Made by a program: the position numbers and the translations under genes. 64,000 nt of DNA. It comes from Laetmonice hystrix. Its lineage: Eukaryota. Shown here piece after piece: positions 1 through 12,233 of this stretch. How positions within the stretch are numbered: position 1 is the first letter of the stretch; each line of letters begins with the position of its first letter. The DNA lies in assembly GCA_965235115.1 (NCBI GenBank), contig OZ249451.1, forward strand, positions 7,626,001 to 7,690,000, given 5' to 3'. Below the pieces are notes generated by a model that was not told where the DNA came from, made no database searches, and saw nothing but the letters and a program-made list of their open reading frames with translations.

Positions 1-98
1 GGTGGCATTTTAGTGGACGGCAAGTTTATTAAACCAGGAATCCTTCATATTCACTGCCTCAAGTTATTAGACGTACGGTCAGAAACCGGACGACGACC

Positions 99-3000
99 AT
101 GGCTCATCCTCAAAGTCTTTGTTGTCTATTCGTCGCAGCGGCCTTCTTGATTTCTATGGGCCCCTGTGAAGCTGCCGAAGACACAGGTAAAACCTTAGCA
201 TACAGCAAAAGCATGACTATAAATTGGGGCTACCATTTCAACTAGGCCTACGTGTGAATAATAATATGGCGGGAACAGTTCGTGTCTTGATTAAGTACAT
301 CTCGGCCCCACTTCACGCACTCTATACTCCCATTGCCACCATGCTTCTTTTCATTTGAGATTTATGTAAGCAGACTCCGTAAAATGACGAATATTATCAT
401 TTATTTGGATAAAATCAAGATACTGTGTGGTAGTTGCTAAGCATCAAGTCTCCGTCCTCAAAGCCCCCCCCCCCACGCACCCCTGACGAAGGGCCTTAGC
501 CTGGTCCCCTGCCTACCAGATATATGTAGTCAATATTGACCTGGGGACGAGGCTAGAAGGGCCTGAAATGGCCCTGTCGTAATATGCTGGATTTTGGCAA
601 CTCTAAAACCTAAAATAGTTTATGCAATACATGGAGGGACATGAACCTCAACAATGATGGGTATCATTTAGGTCTAGGCCTACATGAAGACTACCAGTGC
701 CACGCGACTATGTAAAGGGGTAATATCAAGAGTCAAGGTATTACGTGTTGTATCGAAACAAACCTAGGACTGCAGTCTGCGGGTAACCAAAGGAACTCTT
801 CATATTTCCACGCAACATGTCCCGGGATTGCATTATATGATGTCTTTTTTTACCAATTTCCCAGAGGAGCAGGGTTTATGACCGTCTCTGAAGTACCTAA
901 ACTTCGGACCCCCCCCCCCTCCTTAACCAATTTCTTGATACACCACTGTACATCCAATATCTGACGCAGAAACTCCCACACCAGGATTCAGGTGTTACGC
1001 CTGCTCATACAATCAAGAGGCCGACGATTCCTGCTACACCTCACCTAGCAAAGAAAAGTACGTCCGCTGCCTAAACGGAAAGTCTTGTACCATCAAGAAC
1101 ATTGTATTTTCCGGTAAGTAAACCACAGTATACTGTAAAGAATGGTGAATTATCTGCCCCCCCCCCCCCTGGCTTGCATCCGCAACTCCTGAGTTGTGGT
1201 GATGGTGATTATGTTGCTTTTCGGCAAATGTTGGCCATCTTCAGGGCGAGTTGTTCCCCCATTTATTATCCCATCTCCCGGGGGGAAGTAGGATTTTTAA
1301 GTTGCTGGGTTTCGTCTATACTATTCTTGCTTCTTTTTCTTATGATTATTCCTGTAGTTATAGAATATAGCTGTATGGCAGGATCACAGATTATTCCTAT
1401 TGTGAGACTATGGCCGTATCTCAGTTATCTCTGAAGGTATCGTCATGAAACTTGCAGGCAATATTGCCTGGTTGGTTGTTGACCTGGCATTGACTTGAAC
1501 AGCCAATGAGATTCATCGGTTCATCTCGGTGATTCTTTGAAGCCAAACATGTGTTATACACTATAACACAAGCAGACCAACCAGATCACGATCTTCCACA
1601 TGTAAATGGTGAACAGATGGCCGAATCACAGAACGCTCAAATTAAACGACAGAAAACGGTAGAAATCCATATTTGGGAAAATATGCGATCCTACCTCTAG
1701 TTTCGCCAATCAGAGTTTCTAGTTCAAGCTCGGGTTAGGATGGTGGGATGATACATAACAAAAAACAAAGCAAGACAAAAACAAATTACTCGGACAACAT
1801 CCTACTCCGTCCGTGAGGTGCGGTGGTAAGGGTTCTTTTACGTGCAACACTACATAAAGAGTGTAACCCCGTCGAACCCACAAGCAGTAGGGGTCCAGGG
1901 AGAGGCTAGGGGGCCCGGGCTATTTATTATTTTTGGATAAAGATACATTAGTACAGTCAAAATTAAAAGCTGAGAGTGGCAGGGCAAAAAAGATTTAGGT
2001 GGACTTATCAAACTGCTGGTGCCCTCTTATCAAAATCCTGGTGGGCCCCCTGATCAAAATCCTGGATCCCCCACTGCACAAGGAATTCTACACGCAACTA
2101 TCGCCTTTACACAACCACCGAGACCCCCCCCCCCTCCTTACCACCAACTTCAAAGGTACCTTTGAAATCTCCGAAGACAAAGATTCAGTCTTGATCAGCG
2201 TTCCGTAATCTCACTATGCTTGGAGAAAAGGAAAATATCATTTTATCATGTTGTATTTTTGTATTATGCTTATTTGTTCGAGCAAGTCAAGCTTTTTGTA
2301 AAACAAGATCAAGGTTCTCAGATTAAATGACCATACTCTCCAATATTTTGGTTCTTAAACCGTTCGTACTCAGAAACACATTGTAAACGCATTTAAAGAA
2401 CATTTTTCAATGAATTTGCGCGGATTGTTGCCTTAAACAAGAACTCTCCAATTTCCATTTTCACAGGAACTGAAACTGTCTATAGCTTTGAACGGAACTG
2501 TTATGTGGATCGCGGCGACCAAGGCTGTGTAGATGGCGGCGGATTCCGTACATGTCTGACCTACTGTAAAGGCGATTTTTGTAACGTAGGCAACGGCTTG
2601 AACCCACCAACTAAAAGACCTCTCGCTGGCGGCTCTGGCCAAATGATAGCTGCCACAGACACAGGTAAAACCTTAGCGTACCGCAAAAGCATGACTATAA
2701 ATTGGGGCTACCATTTCAAGTAGGCCTACGTGTGAATTATAATATGGCGGGAACAGTTCGTGTCTTGATTATGTACATCTCGGCCCCACTTCATGCACTC
2801 CATACTCCCATTGTCACCATGCTTCTTTTGATTAGAGATTTTTGTAAGCAGACTCCATAAAATGACGAATATTATCATTCACTTGGATAAAATCAAGATA
2901 CTGCTGTTTGCTAGGCCTAAGCATCAAGTCTCAGTCCTCACCGACCCCCCCCCCCCCCCCGCACCCCTGAGGAAGGGCCTTAGCCTGGTCCCCTGCCTAC

Positions 3001-5372
3001 CAGTCATACGTAGCCGTAGCCAATATAGACCTGGGGATCAGGCTAGAAGGGCCTGAAATGGCCCCGTCTTAATATGCTGGATTTTAGCAACAACTCTAAA
3101 ACCGGAAATAGTTCATGCAATACACGGAGTGACATGAACCTCAACAATGATGTGAATCATTTAGGTCTAGGCCTACATGAAGACTACCAGTGCCACGCGA
3201 TTATGTAAAGGGGAAATATTAAGAGTCAAGGTATTACATGTTGTATCAAAACAAACCTATGACTGCAGTCCGGGTTTTAGTCCATAAAATGTCTTTAACT
3301 CGTAGTACGTCTTAGAACTTCTGGTTAATTATAGCTCGACTTGACCAGCTCATCAGAACACCTCAGACATTTGTTGGGTCTTGCGAGCGTACATCATTTC
3401 CAAGTACCCCCCCCCCCCCCACCTTCCGTTGAAAGAATGACTATATTAATGACATTCTTTGTAAAACAGGCGTGTAAAAAGTGCATTATTTTGACCGAAG
3501 GAACTCTTCATATTTCAACACAAGATGTCCCGAAATTGCATTATTTTTTTTTTTTTAATTTCCCAAAGGAGCAGGGCTTATGACAGTCTCGGAAGTACCT
3601 AAACTTCGGACCCCCCCCCCCCCCTCCCTCCCTCCTTAACCAATTTCTGGATGCGCCACTGTACATCCAGTATCTTATGCAGAAACCTCAATAGAATGCT
3701 ACAAGTGCTTCTACAACCAGACGGTGGGAAACACGAGTTGTGTGGATGGGACTGGGCCTGAGACAGAACGCTGTGATGGACAGTGCTTCTCTACCCGTAT
3801 CGTCAAAATAGGTAAAATTATATAAAAACAAGTAATACGTTATGGGTTATTCCTGTTGTAGGCCGACATTTCCGTGTCAGATCAGGAGGGAGGGCACAGG
3901 GTCGAAACTCCAAACACTCCAAACAATAACAGAGCTAGGCCTACAGAACAGACACTCTATAGAAAATCTATGACTATCTTGACATCATAATTACTTTCTG
4001 AAGAATACAACTGACCAGCAAAATGGTGATATTTACTTTAATAATACTGCTAATATTTTCCAACAATTTAGACCAGCCAGAGATAGTAAGTGTGGAAAGA
4101 GGCTGTAGAGAGGAGAGGGAGGCGAACTGCAACGACAGACCCGAATGTACTAAAGTATGCGGAGATGACCTGTGTAACAATGCAAGCTTCAGTCTGGACG
4201 CAGCTCCTCCACACACGACTCCCAATCCAGGATTCAAGTGTTACCTCTGCTCATACAATCGAGGGGACGAAGATTCCTGCTACACCTCACCTAGCACAGA
4301 TTTGAACGTCCTCTGCAAAGATGGAAAGTCTTGTAACATCAAGAACGTGGCATTTTCTGGTAAGTAAACGACAGTACACTAGAAAGAATGGTGAATTATC
4401 ACCCGAGTTGTGGTGATGGTGATTATAGGCCTATTATGTTGCTTTTCTGCAAATGTTGGCCATCTCCGGGGCGAGTTGTTCCCCCATTTATTATTCCATC
4501 CCCCAGGGGGAATGGAATTTTTAAGTTACTGGGTTTCGTCTCTACCATTCTTGCTTCTTTTTCTTATGATTATTCCAGGTGTAGACTATGGCCTTAAGGC
4601 AGAATCACAGATTACTTCTAGAGTTAGACTATGGCCGTATCTCAGTTATCTCTGAAGGTATCGTCATGAAACTTGCAGGCAATATTGCCTGGTTGGTTAT
4701 TGACCTGGCATTGACTTGAACAGCCAATGAGATTCATCGGTTCATCTCGGTGATTCTTTCAAGCCAAACATGTGTTATACACTATAACACAAGCAGACCA
4801 ACCAGATCACGATCTTCCACATGTAAATGGGGAACAGATGGCCGAATCACAGAACGCTCAAATTAAATGACAGAAAACCGTAGAAATCCATTTGGGAAAT
4901 GCGATTACATGTATCGTGTTGTATTTTTGTATTACATGTATGCTTATTTATTCTGGCAGGTCAAGCTTTTTCTAAAACAAAATCAAGGTTTTCAGGTTAA
5001 ATGAAGATATTCTCCGATATATTTTGGTTCTTAAACCGTTCGTACTCAGAAACACATTGTAAACGTATTAAAAGAACATTTTTCAACGAATTTACGCAGA
5101 TAGTTGCCTTAAACAAGAACTCACCAATTTCCATTTTCACAGAAACTGGAGTAGTCAATAGCTTTGAACGGAGCTGTTATGTGGATCGCGGCGACCAAGG
5201 CTGTGTAGATGGCGGCGGATTCCGTACATGTATGACCTACTGTAAAGGCGATTTCTGTAACGAAGGCAACGGCTTGAACCCGCCAACTAAAGGACATCCC
5301 GCCGGCAGCTCTGGCCACACGACTCCTGTGGTAGTTCTTGTACTATCTTCTGTTTTCTGGCAAATTCTCTAA
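99..5372 (+). CDS. GPI-anchored three-domain Ly6/uPAR (three-finger, LU) protein, 358 aa, 6 exons
   Basis: Exons 99-186, 970-1113, 2467-2664, 3683-3811, 4072-4359, 5143-5372; all introns GT-AG and phase 1, frame open throughout. Signal peptide MAHPQSLCCLFVAAAFLISMGPCEA; three 10-Cys domains ending in the LU signature C-x2-D-x-CN (CKGDFCN, CGDDLCN, CKGDFCN); C-terminal small-residue stretch plus hydrophobic tail (GSSGHTTPVVVLVLSSVFWQIL) typical of a GPI signal. Confidence 0.85.
170..5312 (+). repeat. Tandem segmental duplication of about 2.5 kb inside the Ly6 gene (unit 1 ~170-2642, unit 2 ~2643-5312)
   Basis: By-eye alignment: 187-900 matches 2665-3600; 970-1690 matches 4218-4895; 2240-2642 matches 4910-5312. 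Intron identity is about 90-98%. Confidence 0.95.
1885..2076. mobile_element. MITE with CAGT..GGATCCAGG-type terminal inverted repeats
   Basis: Left end cagtaggggtccagg, right end cctggatcccccactg; 6-bp direct repeat cacaag on both flanks (1879-1884, 2077-2082). Lies within a ~550-bp insertion absent from the second duplicated unit. Confidence 0.7.
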
Positions 5373-6310
5373 GATTTTTCACTTCAGCCCACTACTTGAG
5401 ACCACGCTTTTTCTTAAAATCTTCCCTTCTACAAGAACGTTGATACTAGACTTATTATCCTAATAGGGTAAAGATCCATGCATTATTGCAAGAGTATGAG
5501 ATTATTATGAGAATTATGAAAACCGGCTGAAATTACCGGGCTGCCAAAGGCAAAATTATGACTTCTGTGGTAGCCTATTAGTATTGGGAGTCACTCAGAC
5601 CCCCCCCCCCCCCCCCAAACACAAATGTGTTATTGGGGCCAGGGCCCTTATGACCGGTGATTTTACCATCATGCCGTACCTTGAACTGAGCACCTACTAT
5701 AACAAAGAGGAAATCCCTTTTATAAATGTTCTTTATTGGGTCACATATAATGAATATTACTGTCGGAGCTCCAGCACTGTGCAGTGTATATTATCGTCAT
5801 CACGCCCGTGGCCTTCAGGCGGGGTTCTCAGTACTAATATCCTCATCACCTTAACAATCATCTGTCTTTCATGTATCGTTACAATATACTGTTTGAGTGG
5901 TCTATTCCGGTGAATTCAGCTAAAAATCTGCGAAATTGCATCTTCTTAACGAAAACCTGTTATTAACACATTACTTGTTCACGAAACAAGGGAAGGCAGA
6001 TAGATTATAGATGTAAGATACACAGGCCCCCTTTCCGCATCCTGCTGGGGATGGGGGCATAACTGTTAAAACTGCTGAGGCACTGAGTGAAAGAAAACAA
6101 ACATCAGCTTTACAAGTATGTACCGTAAAGCAGGATAGAAAACTACGAGGGCCTAATGGTACCAATCATCCTAGTTCACCAGAGTGAGCAGCCAGTCAAT
6201 ATGAGTAAAGGAGACGGCATGAGATTTACATAAGAAATATTTAACTGTTTTCTTTCTGATGCTGACTAAGCTAGTCGTATGCCGCTAGAGAATCAATGTA
6301 CCTCTTCTTT

Positions 6311-6316
6311 AATAAA
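6311..6316 (+). terminator. Candidate polyadenylation signal of the Ly6 gene
   Basis: First AATAAA seen downstream of the stop at 5372; a second lies at ~6364. Confidence 0.4.
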
Positions 6317-9300
6317 TTATACAAGAGCTGTTAGCATTTAACATACTGTATTGTTGTTCTTAAAATAAAAGTTTGCGCTGATTGGACATTATGTGGGGGC
6401 TTGGTGGTAAGTCATACAGATTTCTTGTGTTCAAACTCAAGAAATATTTTTCAGTTCGGCTGGAATTACTCCTTCTCGAATTGGATTCTGACACATCCAA
6501 CAACAACAAAAAAAGAGAGAAAAAGAAGACAGGCCAATATTCGACCTAGTGATTCCACTAGATTCCACACAATATGTGTTAAATTCTACTCACAGAACAT
6601 ATCAAAAAGAATTCTGACTACTTGAGACAAGCCATGAAGCGAGTATGGACAATGTTATGATAATGTATTCCCACTTTCTGAGTTATAAATCTAGGAATGC
6701 AGAGTCATAATGCTAATATTGGCCACTAGTGTCTGACTTTCGGCTAACGAAAGCACTTGGTAGTATGAAACAAAGCATCACAAAAAGGACAGGCAAAACC
6801 ACACAAAATTCAAGGTCCCTCAATGATATTCCAAGCCCACGTGTGCTTAAAAAGTCAGGCTATTTGGAATACTTTCTTTTCAAATCACACAGCTTACCAC
6901 GGAGCTCTCATGAAATTTACCCCAAAAAGACAGGCAGAAATGACCAGAAATCGACCTGCATAACGTTTCAGGATATTGTCATTCATTTGACCAAACAATA
7001 AGGGGTGATTTTACAAATTTCAGGAAATCCTGGACAAGTACAAACTCTTAAGGCCGAATCACAGTTCTTATATAAGTGACCGAATCATTTTATGCTAAAC
7101 GTCGGCGACTAGACTTGTCAATCGGGTTTGAATGGTGGCACGAACTGGTCGCCTACATTATACGGCGATAGATTTTTCATGGTGTCCTCCCACCATAATT
7201 TGATCAGAATTCCTTTAAAGCACAAACGTCCCTGTCTTGTCCATATGAAAACATCTGATTAACACCGTTCTGATATTAATCTTCTAAACTTGATTTACAC
7301 AAAACATGCCTGGTGGACCAAACAAAATGAACACATGATTCGAAGTGACCTTTTTTGATTTCGTTTTTTATAAATATGATCAAGCTTTCTACGACCTCGC
7401 AGAACCAAACATGTAGTAAGCATCTTAGGTTTCTCAGCGCGAAATGGTTGATTTAAAAAAATATATTTATTTATTGAGCTCGCAGTTCCTGCTACGATTT
7501 ATTTTCTGAAATCACTATGATTTTTTGGGGGGTGTTAGCACAATTTCTTTCCCTTTGTTATTCGTTCACCACACCTACGTCACCAATCACAGCCTACCAT
7601 AGACACTGTGGCACATTTATTTACCACTCTAACACTATCCCAACTCGGCACAACTAAACGCCATGCAACACAGAATTACGTCCTTACGGCTTGCACATCG
7701 CAACTTCTGACAGGAGATTGCTGCTGCACATTTATCCGTCTGTGTCTACCTAGAGCGCTGCACAGAACGCAGCATCTAACTTAAACGGTTGATATACAAC
7801 CCCCATTTCTTACATACACATCCTTTCTATATTTAGGGCAGCTTAACGTAAAATAATGCAACAACAACAGATTAAGGGTTGTTAGGGAAAGAAAACCTCT
7901 ACAACCAAAACGAGAACAGAGATTATCTTTTAGACAGGGGTTACTTTTTATTCCCCTTTTTCTGTTCAAATCCACTCACACTTGGTCCACAAGTGTCGTG
8001 TCGGCATTATCAGCAGACATTCCAAAGCCTTATTTATGCACATTTGGATCAAATGAAATGCCGAAGAAAAAACTAAGTCGCTCAAATACTCATTCGTAGA
8101 ATCCATTCATCGGAGTGTGATAAATATCAAAATCAAACGCCATGATTTTAGGTCGTGCTCCCCACACTGGCAAAACAAAATCTGAATTTAAATCTCAACT
8201 TCGAAGGAAAGTTTCCGAGAAAAAGACCATCCTTATCTTTCAAACGACCAGTGGTACTGGAGCAACTTTTAAAGCATACACATTTACCATTACCAAGTAC
8301 CCCGTTTTGTGCAGTACCCTGCAGTGCTGCCCCCATGTGGATTCTGGGCGATACGGACAGGCCTAAGCCCCTCGCTGCACCGGAAACTGTGAATTTTCCA
8401 AGTCCTATTTGATTTATTTACGGGCGTTTCTTTCCCCGGCGACTTACACAATGATTCAGGCAACAGCTCCTAGGTGGCGTATCAAATTCTGGCAATTGGA
8501 CATATTTATGATCATTATGACACTGGAAACATTAAACAAGCATTTTCTGTTCAAATCGGACTATAATGTATGTTAAAGTGGGAGCACCCTATGGAAGAAT
8601 CTACTTCCGACATCCCCAGGCTCTTTATCGGCGACATGGTACAGACTGGCGAGTTCATTCCTTGCGACCTGGTGCTTCGCTGATGACCTTATGTTTTTCA
8701 AATTGGGAAAGATTATTTCTGTAATCACTGCTTCCCGCAGCAATGCATATGATCAGGTTTTAAACCTAAGGGCGGTCTACCTCCCTTGGTCAGTTTGAAG
8801 ACTGGAATATAACCCCTAAAAGTAGCTCATGGTATAAGTGGGTTTTGATCGGACTAGATCATAAAAGAAGTTAGCAGACCTCAGGCAGGAACCGGGTTTG
8901 AACCACCCCGTTTTCTCACAACAGGAATATCAAAATATCGTGCCGTCAGATTCAAGACGTGTTTTTCGTCCCCTTTCTGTGGTAACCTCCATAAAATAAA
9001 GAGGGATTGTATATAAGAAACTGGATATATTGCAGCAATGATGACATTTCATGACTGACCGTGCTATTTATAACTCAGCTCACTTCATGGACTGGTGTGG
9101 ATGGAATGATGAGAGAACACCTATGCACCAACTTTATCGGTCCCATCGCTATAAATTGTCAGCTGGTTTTAAATGGGTTGACACCGTTCAAATACTGCTA
9201 TTTTTAATTTGCCGCTTTCTATGCACGATTTTAAGAAACCCTCTGTCTCCAGCCACTCTCATGCTCCAGTCTTAATCCACCAAAAACAAACAAAAAAAAT

Positions 9301-12233
9301 CGAAATGAGACAGCTTATACACTTTTCAGTCGTAGCCAGCATCCCTTTCAACTGCCTGTTTATCTTTGATTTCCTAACTCGGGAGTGGCATGGTATCTGA
9401 AGATAATCATTTAAACTGCTCCAACATCTCCCAATATTCTGCAGTTCAATAAGTCACACATAACACAATCTATCACTTGTTCCCCCTGGCTCACTAATAC
9501 GTTCAAGCCAAGGTGTAAATTAAGTGGTAATACCATACACATGCCCTCCTTGTCATCCAATATACCAAATACCTACAGCTCAGGTACTCTATATCCAATT
9601 ACTCATACGGTCCTGCACTGAAAAAGGTAAGCTACTGATTTAGGCCATACTGCTATTCAACTTCTATTCACATTACATGTGTACTTCCACGCCAATGACA
9701 CAAGCATCAAAACTACTCGTTCTCAATTAAACTGCTCTTTGAATCTTTAACAACTTTTCCAATTTAGCTGTTGGACTTGACTTGCTTTATACCACAATCT
9801 TTCACGATGCCCTCTGCACGTTATAATTATCTTTAAAACAAGGGTGAAATTAATGAGGATGTCACTACATAATACTTTTTCATGGTACGATGCACTCATA
9901 CCAATGTAGTATGAAACGTATGTAAAGAACATACCTTTCAACCAACCCTTAACGAACCGCAAACTCAGGGGTAAACGTTGGTGGCTTTGGCAGCTTTGAT
10001 GATGGATTCTATTCTTAATATTCTTTTAAACTTTCTGTCTTTTATAATCAAAGTTGTCCAAACAAAAATGCCAGACATTTACAGACACCCACAGCCCTGT
10101 TTAAATGTCGTACTTATGTTTTACGGACAACTTTTTTGTGCTCCATTTGGATGCCCTTTCCAATTGTTGGCGAATTCCGGCATTCTAACCTATGAACTTC
10201 TTTTATGGGACAACCAGAATTGTCAGTGTGACCCGCGTACACATGAGAGTTTCAACTTTTACGACTTTAGGGATAAACTGGTTAGGAGGTTCCGACAGTA
10301 TTAATATGTTTGGCAGCAAAATATTTCCAATACTAGAAAAATAATACAAGTTCATTTCATTAAGTAAACTGCTGGGGAAAAGATTACCAGCACTTTATAA
10401 ATGTGGCATAAAATAATTAAATAATATTATAATAATTATACTCCCTTCCCACCATAAAGAACGTTTCTTCTTTAGTACTATAGTAAATACATAGGACTAC
10501 CGTAAAAGGTTATTTCCACTCAAGAGATTTATGGTAAACTGTTTAAATGAGGTTTGATTTTAGCAGTTGGACTGTGCTTTGAATAAAGTCTTGACGTCAT
10601 TTTCTTCACGTTATTTAAAATGCGTTTCATTGACAAATAGACTGGAAGTTTATTTTTCACCATTTAAATCAACCGACAATTACCTCTTACTGCAAAAAAC
10701 TAAACAAAAAAAATTTGTACCTTAAAGCTGGTTCAAGTGAGTTCAATACATGGCAATGCATAACGGCAGGGTAACATTTTACGAAACTGCCTTTCTGTAA
10801 AAATGTAACCAAGATTATTTCTACATGACATGCAGACTATGGCACAAACATAGAACAGTAGGTGGGCAAAATGATGTGCTAGAAAATATACTTTTATGTG
10901 AAACTCTTCATTCAAAAAGTTTTGGGCCAGTTAGGTGTGGTGGGGAAGACATCATCTTCCTATGAACTGCACGTATTTTCCAATCTTTTTTGTTTTTGAA
11001 TGTATGTCATATGTACATGCAAATATACTGTTTGTATACAATCTACCATATTATTTATGCCTTTTATATGCAGTTGCTGATTTCGTTTAATATAAATATT
11101 TCTATTTCATTTTAAACTGGCTCTTCAAAAGGCAAAGGCAGTTTGTGCTAGTATACACTTGGGAATAGACCAAGCTCCGCAGAGATCCTGCTTTATAGAA
11201 TCATACCAGAATCATTTCACAGACAAGATAGTCAATATGGCCACTTTCTTTCCCCTCGAGTAACATCTCTCACTGCCTGACAACATACACTGCACTGGCT
11301 CCGGGCTTTCCCCTCACAAAGGCTCCGCTCACCGAGTTCCTCGTTTTCTAAGCGGGTATATTCCAATATTGCAGTAAACTCAGTGGCGCCGCCATGTGGG
11401 AAGCCTTGTTACTGTTTTTCTTTTTTGGCAGTAACATTTTAGTATGCCCAAACAAAATATCCGACCTAATGTAAACTGCGCACAGTGCACATTTTGGCTT
11501 GATAAAAAGCAGATCACATTGTATCAATTGTGGCAACCTGACAGCAATAGCTTTACCATCCTACGGCTCTGAAGTACATGGCAGAGTTCAGCGACAATGT
11601 CCTTTTTCTATCCTTGTATATATATCTGTCCGCTTACGAACTCTGTTTAACAATGGAAAAAAAAGGCTCAAGTAAGTGTTTCTTCTGTGAGATTACAATG
11701 CTTCGTTTTTTTCTCCTCAATCTCATCACCTTGATATTAGATCACAGCTTTCAGACCAAATATACAGCAAAGCTTCACCTATGGAAGCCTCAGGTCCAAT
11801 GGGCACTTGCCGACCAAACTATATATAGGCATGCCTATATTTGGCAACCTTCACCTGACCAAAATTTTCTCATTTTTTTTTGCATATCCAGCATGTTCAC
11901 ACCCACCCATTCCACATGCACACATAAGATCCAGCTTAAAAGTGTCCCCAATGGGTGACGTCACGTCGACGAACATGTCAATGTCAAGGTCAAAAACGCT
12001 TTTGCCCATGTGCCAATTTGGTCGATTCTCAATCACTTGGTCATAATTAAATATGTCCTTATGTGGTCATTTCGCGATTACCCAGGATCACCCGCGGGGA
12101 CGTGCTTGATCATTTCATGATCTAAAGTTGCCCCCTGGCCGCAGCCGGCAACGACCGCTTCTGGTGTGGTAAATCACGTGATTAACACAGCCATTTGCAT
12201 CCCAGTGTCCGTAGTGTCCACCAGGGGTCTCTG

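Noticed and set aside
1102-1434. Hydrophobic 110-aa ORF (and its twin at 4410-4655) that looks like a small membrane protein
   Set aside because: It lies in the duplicated intron just after a GT donor; the two copies differ by frameshifting indels, and T-richness explains the hydrophobicity.
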